The notes beneath the pieces are model-generated. The model had not been told where the DNA came from and ran no database searches. It worked only from the letters and a program-made list of their open reading frames with translations. Positions 48,762-58,634 of a stretch of DNA of 64,000 nucleotides are shown one piece after another (position 1 is the stretch's first letter; each line of letters begins with the position of its first letter). The stretch lies in the NCBI GenBank assembly GCA_964525455.1, contig CAZGHP010000002.1, positions 1,362 to 65,361 of the forward strand. The letters run 5' to 3'. This stretch comes from an uncultured Candidatus Saccharibacteria bacterium. Its GTDB lineage: Bacteria; Patescibacteriota; SICC01. A program made the translations under genes and the position numbers.

Positions 48762-49566
48762 AAAAGGTAAAACAGTAACCGCACTGGAAATTAGAGATGG
48801 ATTTAAAAAAGCTCTTGCAAAATTAGGCAATGAGCTTAAAGGGCTTCAAGAGCAAGCCGAGTTAGACTTACATTTTCCCACTAAGGATGAAGTAAAGCTT
48901 GGATTAGCCTCAAGACAATTTCGACTTTTGTACAGGCTTGTCGAGGATCCTCATCTTTGGTCCACAGAACTTGGCCCTTTAGTAGTTCGGCCCATTATCG
49001 AAACAAATATTGTTACTGAATGGTTACTTCAGAAAGACAAAAAAGATTTATACGAGGCATATAAAAACTATGGCGTTGGTAAACGTAAGTTATACATGCT
49101 TCATCTAGAAGAGGTTGCGAAAAAAGACGGGATGAAAGATGAAGACTTAGAAAATCTATTAGCCCGCCTAGATGCCGAAGTAAATGTTGACCGCTTTGAA
49201 GAGTTTCAAGAGATAGACCTAGGCGGAAATTTCGCAAAGAAAAGTATTCGGGATATGGCAAATGAGATCGGTAAACCTAATTTGTATAATTTGTACTACC
49301 AACCCTTTTCAACAGAAATACATGGCGAATGGGGTAGTCTATTCAATTTTGATTTAGACCCTTGTGGTAACCCTATACACCGGTATCACCGTTTAGGAAT
49401 CTTTGAACACTCGCCCTTAACTATCGGTTCACCATTTCTAATTCATATTGCGCTTAAATTTGCAGAAGAAAGCATTACGGCAATATTCGATACATATAAC
49501 GTTTCAACTGAAATGGCATTTGAGACATGCCATAAAGATATGAGAGATATTTTCGACCCAAGCTAG
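48754..49566 (+). CDS. DUF5677-like protein (C-terminal half)
   Basis: VRPIIE..I..WL; SIRDMA; YQPFSTEIHGEW; NPIHRYHR. Confidence 0.6.
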   Translation: MSKKGKTVTALEIRDGFKKALAKLGNELKGLQEQAELDLHFPTKDEVKLGLASRQFRLLYRLVEDPHLWSTELGPLVVRPIIETNIVTEWLLQKDKKDLYEAYKNYGVGKRKLYMLHLEEVAKKDGMKDEDLENLLARLDAEVNVDRFEEFQEIDLGGNFAKKSIRDMANEIGKPNLYNLYYQPFSTEIHGEWGSLFNFDLDPCGNPIHRYHRLGIFEHSPLTIGSPFLIHIALKFAEESITAIFDTYNVSTEMAFETCHKDMRDIFDPS

Positions 49567-49917
49567 TTAGTCGCCTTTAGTTTCATTCTCCTCAACCCTT
49601 ACCTTCACGATCTTCCGGACCAGTGAGACCGGCAAAGGATTCTCCGGCGTGAACTGGATCGTCGTGTGGTTGATCGTGAACGGTTCCAGCTCCTTCGCGA
49701 ACCGCTTCGGGATGCTTGAGTTCGTCACGAACAGGCTGCAGTGGCGCTTGAACGCCGCGAACCCCACCAGGTGCCCGCGGTACGTGTAGAGCGGGATGTT
49801 GTAGCTGATCTTCTCCTCCGCCATCGGCGCGGCCGCGCGGATTGTCTTCCGGAGCTGCGTGAGCGCCTTGCGTTGGGCGGGGTCGGTGATCTGCGCGAGG
49901 TATGCGGGGACGGTCAT
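49567..49917 (-). CDS. DUF1801/YdhG-like protein
   Basis: AEEKISYNIP, FAAFKRHCS. Confidence 0.8.
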   Translation of the reverse strand: MTVPAYLAQITDPAQRKALTQLRKTIRAAAPMAEEKISYNIPLYTYRGHLVGFAAFKRHCSLFVTNSSIPKRFAKELEPFTINHTTIQFTPENPLPVSLVRKIVKVRVEENETKGD

Positions 49918-49938
49918 GGTTCGAGTGTATCGTTCAAT

Positions 49939-50682
49939 TTAGTAATGCCCATACCGGTATTGCTTCCCCTTACCTGGGTAAATCGGCCCGTGCTTTCTCA
50001 CATGCCAGAAACTCCGAGCCCAGGTCAGTAGTAGCTTCACCCTTCCTTCTTCGCGCACTCTCCGATCCGAAGCGATGATCTTCGGATTGAAGAAAAAACA
50101 ATACGATGCCCCGCCTCGCACCGAGCGAAGACCATAGTCAGTGTCTTCCCCGAGCAGCGCACCCTCTTTGAATCCGCCCACTGCGCGGTGATTCTCCTTG
50201 GTCGTCAGTAGGCAGTCCCCGTTCGTCACCGGCGACCGACCGATCCACGCCAGCAGGAAAAGCGAATACGCCGAAAGCATCGTCAGCCAATCAAACAGGT
50301 TCATTCGCTCGGATACATGGAAGACCGCGGCGACGAGCCGGGGCTGCGGTGGCACTTTTTTCATAAGGTCACTCAGGAACCGCCTGGGCAGCACCACATC
50401 TGCATCAAGGAAAAGGACAAACGAATACTTGGCCCTTTCCGCACCAACATTCCGTTGGTGACCGATGTCACTTTTTGCAGACAGCACGGCAAGGTCTTCA
50501 ATGTCGCCTCGGAATTCGCGGGATCGGACAGCCGTCCCATCCTTAGACCCGCCATCGACGACGATTACCTGGAGCTTCCCTCTATAATCTTGCTCAGCTA
50601 TCGAACGAAGCAACCGGGGAAGGTAACTACTCTCGTTCAGCGTAGGAATGACGATGCTGAGATCAAAGGAGGTGGTTCTCAT
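49939..50682 (-). CDS. Family 2 glycosyltransferase
   Basis: IVIPTLNE, VVDGGSKD, FLDAD, GED. Confidence 0.9.
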   Translation of the reverse strand: MRTTSFDLSIVIPTLNESSYLPRLLRSIAEQDYRGKLQVIVVDGGSKDGTAVRSREFRGDIEDLAVLSAKSDIGHQRNVGAERAKYSFVLFLDADVVLPRRFLSDLMKKVPPQPRLVAAVFHVSERMNLFDWLTMLSAYSLFLLAWIGRSPVTNGDCLLTTKENHRAVGGFKEGALLGEDTDYGLRSVRGGASYCFFFNPKIIASDRRVREEGRVKLLLTWARSFWHVRKHGPIYPGKGKQYRYGHY

Positions 50683-50691
50683 AACTTAGAG

Positions 50692-51462
50692 CTAGGCACT
50701 AAAGACGTCTTCTCCGAGAGCCTTCAGCTCCTCGCAGGTCGTCCGGCTGCCCGCGATAATATCCAGCTCGCGATAGTCGTATGATTCGCTCCCGATGTTC
50801 GTGACTACTCCGCCGGCTTCCTGAACCAGCAGGCATCCCGCGGCGTAGTCCCAAACCTGCCCATAGCCGTTTTTGACGATACGGGCGTCGAACCTTCCAG
50901 ACGCGACCATTGCATGTTCGAACCCGCTGTTCATGGTATTCACGAGCTGGGTCTGATCGCGCAGCGCCTTGTACATTGCGTTCATCGACTCCGGCCGGCC
51001 TTCAAGCGCGATCATCGATCTCCGTAGTGACCGCTCGCCAACTTTAATAGGCTTGCCGTCCATTAGCGCACCTTCACCACGGACGGCCGCGTAATAATGG
51101 TCTCCTGCGAAGTCATAAATCGCACCCACGACCACTTGCCCGTCTTCGACATACGCCGCCATTACCGAACAGAACGGCATGCCGCGGATAAAATGTTCCG
51201 TTCCGTCTATGGGATCAATTAACCAGAATCGATCCTCACTGCCTTGTTTTCCGAACTCTTCCCCGTGGACTCCGGCTTCCGGCGTAATCTTAAGCAACGC
51301 CTCAGCCAGGAACTCCTCGGTCTCGTGATCAAGCTGGGTGACCGTAGTATGGTCATCCTTCACATCAACGCGCGAAACGGAACCGTAATGTGGTAACAAG
51401 TTCCCACCCGCCCTTCTCATGATCGGTTCAAGAGCCTGGGATATTTCAATATGTTCAGGCAT
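50692..51462 (-). CDS. Inositol monophosphatase-family protein
   Basis: GEE, WLIDPIDGT, WDYAAG..LVQEAGG. Confidence 0.92.
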   Translation of the reverse strand: MPEHIEISQALEPIMRRAGGNLLPHYGSVSRVDVKDDHTTVTQLDHETEEFLAEALLKITPEAGVHGEEFGKQGSEDRFWLIDPIDGTEHFIRGMPFCSVMAAYVEDGQVVVGAIYDFAGDHYYAAVRGEGALMDGKPIKVGERSLRRSMIALEGRPESMNAMYKALRDQTQLVNTMNSGFEHAMVASGRFDARIVKNGYGQVWDYAAGCLLVQEAGGVVTNIGSESYDYRELDIIAGSRTTCEELKALGEDVFSA

Positions 51463-51472
51463 ATCGACGCGC

Positions 51473-52174
51473 CTATATGTTCTTAAACCACTTCACCGTC
51501 GAAGCATAAAGTTTTTCAGCTACCCCGTCTTCCTCGAAGGTATGCCCCGCGCCCTTGACGATTTCACAGGCACTTTTCCCTTGCGCGTTCTCCGCATACC
51601 GACGGCTCTCGCGCAACACGCCATTTCCAGCAGTAATGACTTTGAGCGGGTACGTGATGTCCTTTCCGAGTTCAGACCACGGAATGTTCGCATCCACATC
51701 GACCATCCGCTTGCCGAGCAGGTAGTCCACATACCAGCGTATTCGGTACGCTTTCAGGCGCAGCTCGTACTTGCCGTGCTTTTTAAGCTTGTAGCTTGGG
51801 TCCCACAGCACCGCACCGTCCAGATCCTTCCGCTTCGCCAGCAGGATCGTCGGTCCGCCATAACTATGCCCGACCGCGAAGATCTTCCGCTTGCTGCGCT
51901 TCCGGAAGTACGCCACGACCGCATCAAAGTCGGCGCCGTGGGTCTTGAGCGTGGCTTGGCGGAGCGGCCGGCTATCGTACAGATAGTAGCGGAACGATGA
52001 AAAGCCCTGCTGCTCCAGGTATCGCGCGCCGTTGTAGAATTGGTGCTCGTTTGGGTCTCCGGTCAGCCCGTGCACGAAGATCACCAGCGGCTTGGTCAGC
52101 GGTCCGCGCAGGAACCCTTTGACCGACTTTCCTGCGCCGACAGGCACGCGGACGAGTTTTTCCTTCGCTCTCAT
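51473..52174 (-). CDS. Alpha/beta hydrolase
   Basis: FVHG, GHSYGG, GAGHTF. Confidence 0.88.
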   Translation of the reverse strand: MRAKEKLVRVPVGAGKSVKGFLRGPLTKPLVIFVHGLTGDPNEHQFYNGARYLEQQGFSSFRYYLYDSRPLRQATLKTHGADFDAVVAYFRKRSKRKIFAVGHSYGGPTILLAKRKDLDGAVLWDPSYKLKKHGKYELRLKAYRIRWYVDYLLGKRMVDVDANIPWSELGKDITYPLKVITAGNGVLRESRRYAENAQGKSACEIVKGAGHTFEEDGVAEKLYASTVKWFKNI

Positions 52175-52196
52175 GTCCCTATCTTATGTTTGGTTG
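52172..52196. repeat. 25-bp direct repeat (second copy 54144-54168): promoter plus start codon
   Basis: CATGTC[C/T]CTATCTTATGTTTGGTTG, 24/25 identical. Confidence 0.85.
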
Positions 52197-52234
52197 TTGC
52201 TCGACGTCGAATGTTTCTTGATAACACCAGCTCC

Positions 52235-52591
52235 CTAAAACGTACCGCCGACCAACCACACTATCGGCTTGCCGTCCTTGGACCGATTGATGTGGATCCA
52301 GCGGTAATCGGTGTCGTTCGCGCCCACGTTATACTCGGTGTGCGAACAGTCCGGCGCTGACATTTCCCGGTACGCTTCGTACAGCCGGTCGCCGGGAATC
52401 TTCATGAAAGTGCCGACGGCATCGAGCAACTCGACTATCTCCTCCTCTTTCCATTCCCGTTCCTCGCCGAGCAGCCGCTGCGGATCGAGCCGCAGCGTTT
52501 CGTAAGCGTTCACGGTGAACTCGGCATCCGCCTCGGCCAAACCGGCGGCGAGCCGTTCTGCGATGGGAAACTCTACGGGGCTGTCTTGCAT
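52235..52591 (-). CDS. Orphan hypothetical protein
   Basis: ORF only. Confidence 0.55.
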   Translation of the reverse strand: MQDSPVEFPIAERLAAGLAEADAEFTVNAYETLRLDPQRLLGEEREWKEEEIVELLDAVGTFMKIPGDRLYEAYREMSAPDCSHTEYNVGANDTDYRWIHINRSKDGKPIVWLVGGTF

Positions 52592-52616
52592 AAGGATTTG
52601 GTCGATCCTAGGTCTA

Positions 52617-53147
52617 CTACCCCGCTAGCGTAAATTCCACGGTCGCCGGCCCGGACGCTCGCGTCTTGGGAGCAGTCACGATCACGCCGGCCGCGGTCAG
52701 GTGCCCGACGATGCGATCCGGATTGTCCGTCATGACCGTATGCAGTTCCGCATCCCCCGGATTGAGCATGGCCTGCTCTCCCTCCCGGAGCATGCCCGCC
52801 AACTCGACGCCGAATTGCAGCAGGCGTTCGCTCGGCGTCTCATGCAGCGTGACTTTTAACACCGGAGTTTGCCGCGAACCTTCATAGCCAACGACCTTGT
52901 CAGCATAGCGCTGTTTGAAGATCACGCACGGCACCGAATCCCCTGCGCGATAGAGCTCGGCTGTCGCCGTGCTGACGAGCGCACTGTTCTGATTCGGGTG
53001 CCCTTCTACGTGCCACTCACCGGCTTCTTCCAGGAGCCCGTTAAGACGGTCTGTGACCGGCTGCTTCTGCCCTTCCGGCCGTCGTTCGGCGGCCTCCCGC
53101 CGTTCCCGCTCCGCACGCTGGGCCGCCCTTCGTTCCGCTCGAGCCAT
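52617..53147 (-). CDS. Orphan hypothetical protein
   Basis: ORF only; charged N-terminus. Confidence 0.55.
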   Translation of the reverse strand: MARAERRAAQRAERERREAAERRPEGQKQPVTDRLNGLLEEAGEWHVEGHPNQNSALVSTATAELYRAGDSVPCVIFKQRYADKVVGYEGSRQTPVLKVTLHETPSERLLQFGVELAGMLREGEQAMLNPGDAELHTVMTDNPDRIVGHLTAAGVIVTAPKTRASGPATVEFTLAG

Positions 53148-53257
53148 AAAAATTCCCAATTAGTAGTACAACAAGAGAGTCTAACAAATCCCGTAACGAT
53201 AAGAAACTCGCTTGGTGACAGGTCTTACGCCTCTGGGCTGCCCGACCCGATGACGGA

Positions 53258-54007
53258 TTATCCCAAGATGCCCGCTGCGATACTGAATAACCCGGAGGCG
53301 ATAATCGCGAGCAGTACTACCGCTTGATAGCGGCGGGCGTCGATCCGCCGAAGCAGTCGCACGCCAGCCATATGGCCCAGTAACGCTAATGGAATCAACA
53401 GGGCCGCTATCAGCAGTCCTTCACTATTGAGATTATTCAGGCCACTCAGCCATATGACCGAAACGCCGGCGAAGTTCATGCCCAGAAAACACACGGCCAG
53501 CGTGTCCCGGAGCTGATGCTTCGAGATTTTGCGCGATCGCAGCCAGAGTGCCAATGGGGGTCCGCCCATTGAAGTCGAAGTGTTGAGGACTCCCGCGGCG
53601 AACCCACTGACCAACGTGGAGGGTCGAACCGCTATCGGCTTGGTTGAATTGAGCGAAAGGAATTGCTGGAGGAGCGCGGCTGCGATAATTACCGTTCCGA
53701 CGATGACCTGCAAGGTATGCTTCTCGACCGTGGTCAGTAGCCAAACACCGATCAGCATGCCCGGAATCGCCGCTGCAACCAGGATTAACGCGACTACTCC
53801 GGCTGTCTCGCGCTGACGACGCTCTCTGAATAGCATCATCAGGCTGATGCTGCTAGCAACGATCAAAGTGGTGGTAATCGCGACCGGCGGGTCGAAGAAC
53901 AGCAGCAGCGCAGGCGTCAGGAAGAAGACGAAACCGAAACCCGCGATGGTCTGCACGATGACGCCCACGAGGGTCACCGCGATGAGCAACAGGATCATCT
54001 CAAGCAT
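53258..54007 (-). CDS. TauE/SafE (TSUP) family permease
   Basis: QTIAGFGF, STSMGGPPL; multiple TMs. Confidence 0.85.
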   Translation of the reverse strand: MLEMILLLIAVTLVGVIVQTIAGFGFVFFLTPALLLFFDPPVAITTTLIVASSISLMMLFRERRQRETAGVVALILVAAAIPGMLIGVWLLTTVEKHTLQVIVGTVIIAAALLQQFLSLNSTKPIAVRPSTLVSGFAAGVLNTSTSMGGPPLALWLRSRKISKHQLRDTLAVCFLGMNFAGVSVIWLSGLNNLNSEGLLIAALLIPLALLGHMAGVRLLRRIDARRYQAVVLLAIIASGLFSIAAGILG

Positions 54008-54146
54008 TACTCACCTCGCTGGCGATTTTCCAATCGGTAATCGCATCTGTCCTGTGTGGTCTTGAGTCCGGTCCCAGGTAATCCCAGGCTCCCCAGGTAA
54101 CGCTGTCACCAACAATACTGTCGCCGAAGATACAGACACGTGCCAT
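54000..54146 (-). pseudogene. SGNH/GDSL hydrolase N-terminal relic (48-aa ORF)
   Basis: MARVCIFGDSIVGDSVTWGAWD; block I only, with internal duplications. Confidence 0.65.
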
Positions 54147-54196
54147 GTCTCTATCTTATGTTTGGTTGCCGTCCGGGTCGACTACTTCGTTCCGAT

Positions 54197-54625
54197 CTAC
54201 GCGCTACCCATCCCGCCAGTACCGACGTTCACCATCCAGTGGATGCCGTACTTGTCGGTCACCATACCGAAGAGGTCGCCCCAGAACTGCTTCTCGAGCG
54301 GCTGGCCGACCGTGCCGCCCTCACTCAGGCCGTCGAAGTACTTCCGGAGTTCCGCCTCGTCCGATCCGGTGATCGAGATGCTGACGTTCGTCCCGGCCAC
54401 GTAGTCCTCGTCCTTCGGGCCGTCGCTGGCGAAGAGATCCGCTCCCCCGCCCTGCAGCGAGGCGTGCATGATCAGGTGCTTCTTCTCGTCCGGAAAGTCC
54501 ATCGGCGTCTCGCCGAACGTCTGCAGCTTCAACTCGCCGCCGAAGATGCCGTGGTAGAACTCCATGGCTTCCTTGGTCTTGCTGTCCTTGAAGCTGAGAT
54601 AGGGAGTCAGTCTCGTATCGCTCAC
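54197..54625 (-). CDS. PhnB-like VOC protein
   Basis: LTPYLSF, IMHASL, QFWGDLFGMVTDKYGIHWMVN. Confidence 0.9.
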   Translation of the reverse strand: MSDTRLTPYLSFKDSKTKEAMEFYHGIFGGELKLQTFGETPMDFPDEKKHLIMHASLQGGGADLFASDGPKDEDYVAGTNVSISITGSDEAELRKYFDGLSEGGTVGQPLEKQFWGDLFGMVTDKYGIHWMVNVGTGGMGSA

Positions 54626-54744
54626 GGAGCCTCCTTGGTCAGGTTAATGCGAGACTATTGTACGCTTTCGGGCGCATGCTCCTAGGTCTTTTTACCCACT
54701 CATTGACTTTTTGTGTTAACCATGGTATTATTTCTCGATTCGTC

Positions 54745-55944
54745 ATGAGCGCCGCGCCACACACCGAACGACCGGAACCGTCCCAGCCCGAGGGCGGAAA
54801 GGGCTCTGGCGCGGCCGACTCCCTGCTGGAAGCCGCCCGGGAGCATCTGGGAAACATCCGTGACGCGCTGCCGCCGGATCATCCGGCCACCAAGAAGCGG
54901 CAACGGGTGGTGGACGTGCTCGAAACGATGCAACAGGAGATCGGGCCGGACCAGGACCCGATGGACTACCTTACGAAGAAAGACCTCTCCACTGCCGCTC
55001 GGACCGAAAGCGGCGGGCTGGTAGGGATGGGCTCGCCGGAGATTGTTGCAACGCGACGGTTCATCGAGCAGCAACGTGCCGCGAGCGCCGAAACAAGTAC
55101 CCAAGCACCTGAGCGCAAGCCACTCTACTCCGATGCGGACATCGAAGCGTCCCGGCGGAAGATCGCGGCGATGCACGTAGGGAGCGAAAGGCTGGCCGGC
55201 CAGGAAACCGAGCGGGTAGAGTCAGGGCTGGACCGCGAGCGCGAGAAGCTACTGATCGGCGAAGTGTTGGACAAGGGAGGCGTATCGCTGCACCTGGATC
55301 TCCCGGGTGAATACGGCGACCGGCGCGGCACCCACGGATTCCAGGATGCCACGGACGGCAACCGGCACGGCGAGGGTTTCGAAGATCGCCGGGTATTGTC
55401 TGAGATGACCAAGCGGGCAGCGGAAGACGGGGCGAACGAAGCGGTATCGTTCACGCCGGTAACCGAAACGGTGTGGGAGCAATCCGAAGTCAGCGAGCGC
55501 AAGGGTCTGCGCAAAAAGACTCACACCGAGCGGCGCGCGGTCGGCACGAAACCGGCCACGCATGATGCCGTGGTCAAAGGAGGAGATGGCGAGCCGGCGG
55601 TCGCGCTGCGCTACGCCGCCCATGACCTACCGGGAGAGATGTCGTACCAGGTGACCGACGGTCGCTACGGAGGTTTGCTCCAAGCCGAGATCGTACTCCC
55701 GGAATCCCTGGCTCGGAAGGTCGAGAAACACATGGAACGGGATCCTGGATTCATCCGGCGGATCATCCAGGAAGCAGCGACAAAGAAACTCGGCCTACCG
55801 GAAGCAGCCTGGACTCACGGTAACGAGACGACCCGTGACCACGCGCTGCAGCCACCCTATCAAAAATGGGCGGCGGAAAAAGGCGGTACGAGCAAGATGC
55901 GCGTAACGTCGCTAGATCAGTCGAATACCGTAGTCAGAGTCTGA
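54745..55944 (+). CDS. Hypothetical protein with disordered N-terminus
   Basis: TTGACT..TATTAT promoter upstream; no recognisable domain. Confidence 0.7.
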   Translation: MSAAPHTERPEPSQPEGGKGSGAADSLLEAAREHLGNIRDALPPDHPATKKRQRVVDVLETMQQEIGPDQDPMDYLTKKDLSTAARTESGGLVGMGSPEIVATRRFIEQQRAASAETSTQAPERKPLYSDADIEASRRKIAAMHVGSERLAGQETERVESGLDREREKLLIGEVLDKGGVSLHLDLPGEYGDRRGTHGFQDATDGNRHGEGFEDRRVLSEMTKRAAEDGANEAVSFTPVTETVWEQSEVSERKGLRKKTHTERRAVGTKPATHDAVVKGGDGEPAVALRYAAHDLPGEMSYQVTDGRYGGLLQAEIVLPESLARKVEKHMERDPGFIRRIIQEAATKKLGLPEAAWTHGNETTRDHALQPPYQKWAAEKGGTSKMRVTSLDQSNTVVRV

Positions 55945-55997
55945 TTCCCGCACCCGCGTGGCCCTCCTGCGAACACGTACACTTATCTCATCACCTC

Positions 55998-56615
55998 ATG
56001 AGTACCCACCCAGAAAACGAAGGCGTCACCCCGGAAGATGCGACCGACGCGGCCCGCAAGCGCACCGAGCAAGGCAAGGAGGCCCTGGTCGCCGCCGGGC
56101 ACGACCTCATCGTGGCCTTGGCCGAGCGCGTGCCGGCACCCGACCGGCCAGGCAGTGACCTGCTGGAAACCGCCAAGCACAGCACGCTGCGTCTCGATGC
56201 GGAGGTGATGGCACGCGGCCGCCAGCATGGGTGGATCGAATCCGACGAACTGTCCTTCGAGATAGTGCTGACCGAAGGGGGCATGGTAGCCCTGCACGAT
56301 CCCGAATACAGCCAGGAGGTGGCCGCCGCAGCGTTCCATGACAGTCTCGTGCGACTAGACCAATCGCCGGAGAACGTCGTTCGGATCCCTAAGCACTCCG
56401 AAGTCGCCACGGTCCCGCGGGGTGCGCTGGTGTACGACGGCAGGCGGTACCGAAGGCTTCTGACCGCGGTCGAGGCGCCGATCTCCTGGCAGGATAAGTA
56501 CGAGAACGTGGCCCGGATCCAGCTCCCGGGCAGCCGGCATATCGATTTTCCGTTCACGAGAATCCCTGGCGAAAAGCCGGAAGACCCGTTGGAAGCGCAG
56601 TTCGACGCGACCTAG
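55998..56615 (+). CDS. Hypothetical protein with disordered N-terminus
   Basis: ORF only. Confidence 0.6.
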   Translation: MSTHPENEGVTPEDATDAARKRTEQGKEALVAAGHDLIVALAERVPAPDRPGSDLLETAKHSTLRLDAEVMARGRQHGWIESDELSFEIVLTEGGMVALHDPEYSQEVAAAAFHDSLVRLDQSPENVVRIPKHSEVATVPRGALVYDGRRYRRLLTAVEAPISWQDKYENVARIQLPGSRHIDFPFTRIPGEKPEDPLEAQFDAT

Positions 56616-56749
56616 GATCTAGGTTCCGCACTCTCACCGCGATGGTTGTTTGCTTGATATCGCTACGGATAAGCGCATGCTACGGGCAGAATAAGTAAGC
56701 TGGGTGTTTGTTATGCCCACTTAACAGATACATAAAAGGGGGTCTAAAA

Positions 56750-57601
56750 ATGAAAAAGTCCAACAAGCATTCGATCACATCCGCACTGGCCGTGGCCTTC
56801 GCGCTCGGCTTCCCTGCGCAGGCTCTGGCTGTGACCACGGTCGAGCTGGGTACCGCCGATGACTTTGCGGTCCTGGCCGCTACGGAGGTTACGAACGTTC
56901 CTACCTCCGCGATTACCGGTGACGTGGGCCTCAGCCCGGCCGCCGGCAGTAACTATGCCGGACTGACGTCCGCGGAAGTGGACGGCACAATCTATGACGT
57001 AAACGGCACGGGGCCAGCCGGTTCCGTGGAAGACCCTGGCCTGCTGACCCAAGCCAAGAACGACCTCACGGCCGCCTATCTCGACGCTGCCGGGCGAACC
57101 CCGACCGTCACGTTCGGCTCTACCGACAACCAGCTCGGCGGACAAGTCCTGACCGCTGGCGTCTATAGGTTCGGCCATGGCGATACGGCCAACCTGATCG
57201 GCACGCTGACCCTGAGCGGCAATTCAAGTTCAGTATTTATCTTCCAGGCCACGTCCGACCTCGTGACGGCATCAAGTAGTGTGGTAGAGCTCACCGGCGG
57301 CGCCCTGGCGTGCAACGTCTTCTGGCAAGTCTCCAGCTCCGCGACGCTTGGAACGGACTCTGTCTTCGTAGGAAACATCCTGGCCTTGACGTCCATCACG
57401 GTCGCCACCGATGCCAGCGTGGAGGGCAGCGTACTGGCTCGGAACGGCGCGGTCACCTTGGAGAGTAACGTCATCACCGATTCGGTGTGTGCATCCTCCG
57501 ATGACGACAGTAACGGTGCCGTGGGTTCGTCCGGTAGCTCGCTCGCCGCTGGTGACATAGTTCCAAAACTGCCCAATGCGGGAATCGGCCCTCGCCGCTA
57601 A
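56750..57601 (+). CDS. DUF3494 ice-binding-like protein with LPNAG motif
   Basis: Signal peptide; LGTADDFAVLA, ITGDVGLSP, NVFWQVSSSATLGT, LARNGAVTL. Confidence 0.9.
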   Translation: MKKSNKHSITSALAVAFALGFPAQALAVTTVELGTADDFAVLAATEVTNVPTSAITGDVGLSPAAGSNYAGLTSAEVDGTIYDVNGTGPAGSVEDPGLLTQAKNDLTAAYLDAAGRTPTVTFGSTDNQLGGQVLTAGVYRFGHGDTANLIGTLTLSGNSSSVFIFQATSDLVTASSSVVELTGGALACNVFWQVSSSATLGTDSVFVGNILALTSITVATDASVEGSVLARNGAVTLESNVITDSVCASSDDDSNGAVGSSGSSLAAGDIVPKLPNAGIGPRR

Positions 57602-57663
57602 GGCAGCGCCTCAGGGAACATCACCCTTCGTGAGTTGCCTGGCCCGAAAGGAACGGACGACCG

Positions 57664-58344
57664 ATGCATGCCCTGCCCGCCCGTAAGCCGGTGAGGCGAA
57701 AGGTCTTAGCGGCCATACTTGCGGGTTGTGCGCTTTCCCTAGCGCTCGTCTTTCATTTCGTCGTGAACCCGGCCCGGAGCGACCCGGCGCCGCTTGCCGC
57801 ACATACCACCCAGGAAACGGTCGGGTTGCCGGTGCGTCTCAAGATCCCAAGCATCAAGGTCGATGCCACGATCGAGCATGTGGGCCTTACGCCTGACGGT
57901 GCCATGGATGTCCCGAAGGATCCCGTTAACGCAGCCTGGTTCGATCGCGGGCCGCGTCCCGGCGAGAAAGGCAGTTCGGTCATTGACGGACACTTCGGCA
58001 CGGCGGATGGCTCGCCGGCGGTATTCGACGACCTGCATGAACTGGATCCCGGAGACAAGCTCTACGTCGAAGATGAGAAAGGAACGACCACCCTGTTCGT
58101 AGTGCGCGAATTGCGGAAGTACGACCCGGACGCGGACGCGTCGAGCGTGTTCAGCTCGCGCGACGGGCGTGCGCACCTCAACCTCATCACCTGCATAGGA
58201 ACGTGGAACACGGCCGAGCAGAGCTATTCCGATCGCCTCGTGGTATTCACCGACAAAGAGATGCGCTTCAAGCCGGCCAAGCCCGGCGGCGTGGTCCATG
58301 CGGACAAGCTCCGCGGCTACGACATCGCGTGGTTCAACTCCTGA
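57664..58344 (+). CDS. Class F sortase
   Basis: PVRLKIPSI, GPRPGEKGSSVIDGH, LNLITC, R. Confidence 0.9.
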   Translation: MHALPARKPVRRKVLAAILAGCALSLALVFHFVVNPARSDPAPLAAHTTQETVGLPVRLKIPSIKVDATIEHVGLTPDGAMDVPKDPVNAAWFDRGPRPGEKGSSVIDGHFGTADGSPAVFDDLHELDPGDKLYVEDEKGTTTLFVVRELRKYDPDADASSVFSSRDGRAHLNLITCIGTWNTAEQSYSDRLVVFTDKEMRFKPAKPGGVVHADKLRGYDIAWFNS

Positions 58345-58634
58345 CCGGCTACAGCGTCTACCTGCTGACCTTCTAGTCCCACCGCCACCCCTTTCCACAC
58401 CGATGATGCGAAGGGTTTCCCAGGCCTAGTATAACTTCCCTGTTTTCTAGGCCTCTTTTCTTGATTTTCGTAATCTTTTTACTCAACAAAGGTCTTTTCA
58501 AAGATTTCCTGGCATGCTACGGTAAGATGTCTTTCCGGCATGGAAAGGCATTAACAACACTCCGCTCCGGTCGGGACAGGCGCCCCGGGTACTCTGCGTA
58601 CCTGGAGCGCCCGTTTCCGACAGGAAGGAGAGAC

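Larger units (their letters stand above)
46341..49566. mobile_element. AT-richer islet 3' of ssrA; no intact integrase in view
   Basis: Abrupt compositional shift after tmRNA; unrelated genes. Confidence 0.6.

Noticed and set aside
48754-48768. A-AAA-AAG slippery site fusing the two DUF5677-like ORFs
   Set aside because: The heptamer is not in the upstream ORF's frame, and its stop codon precedes it
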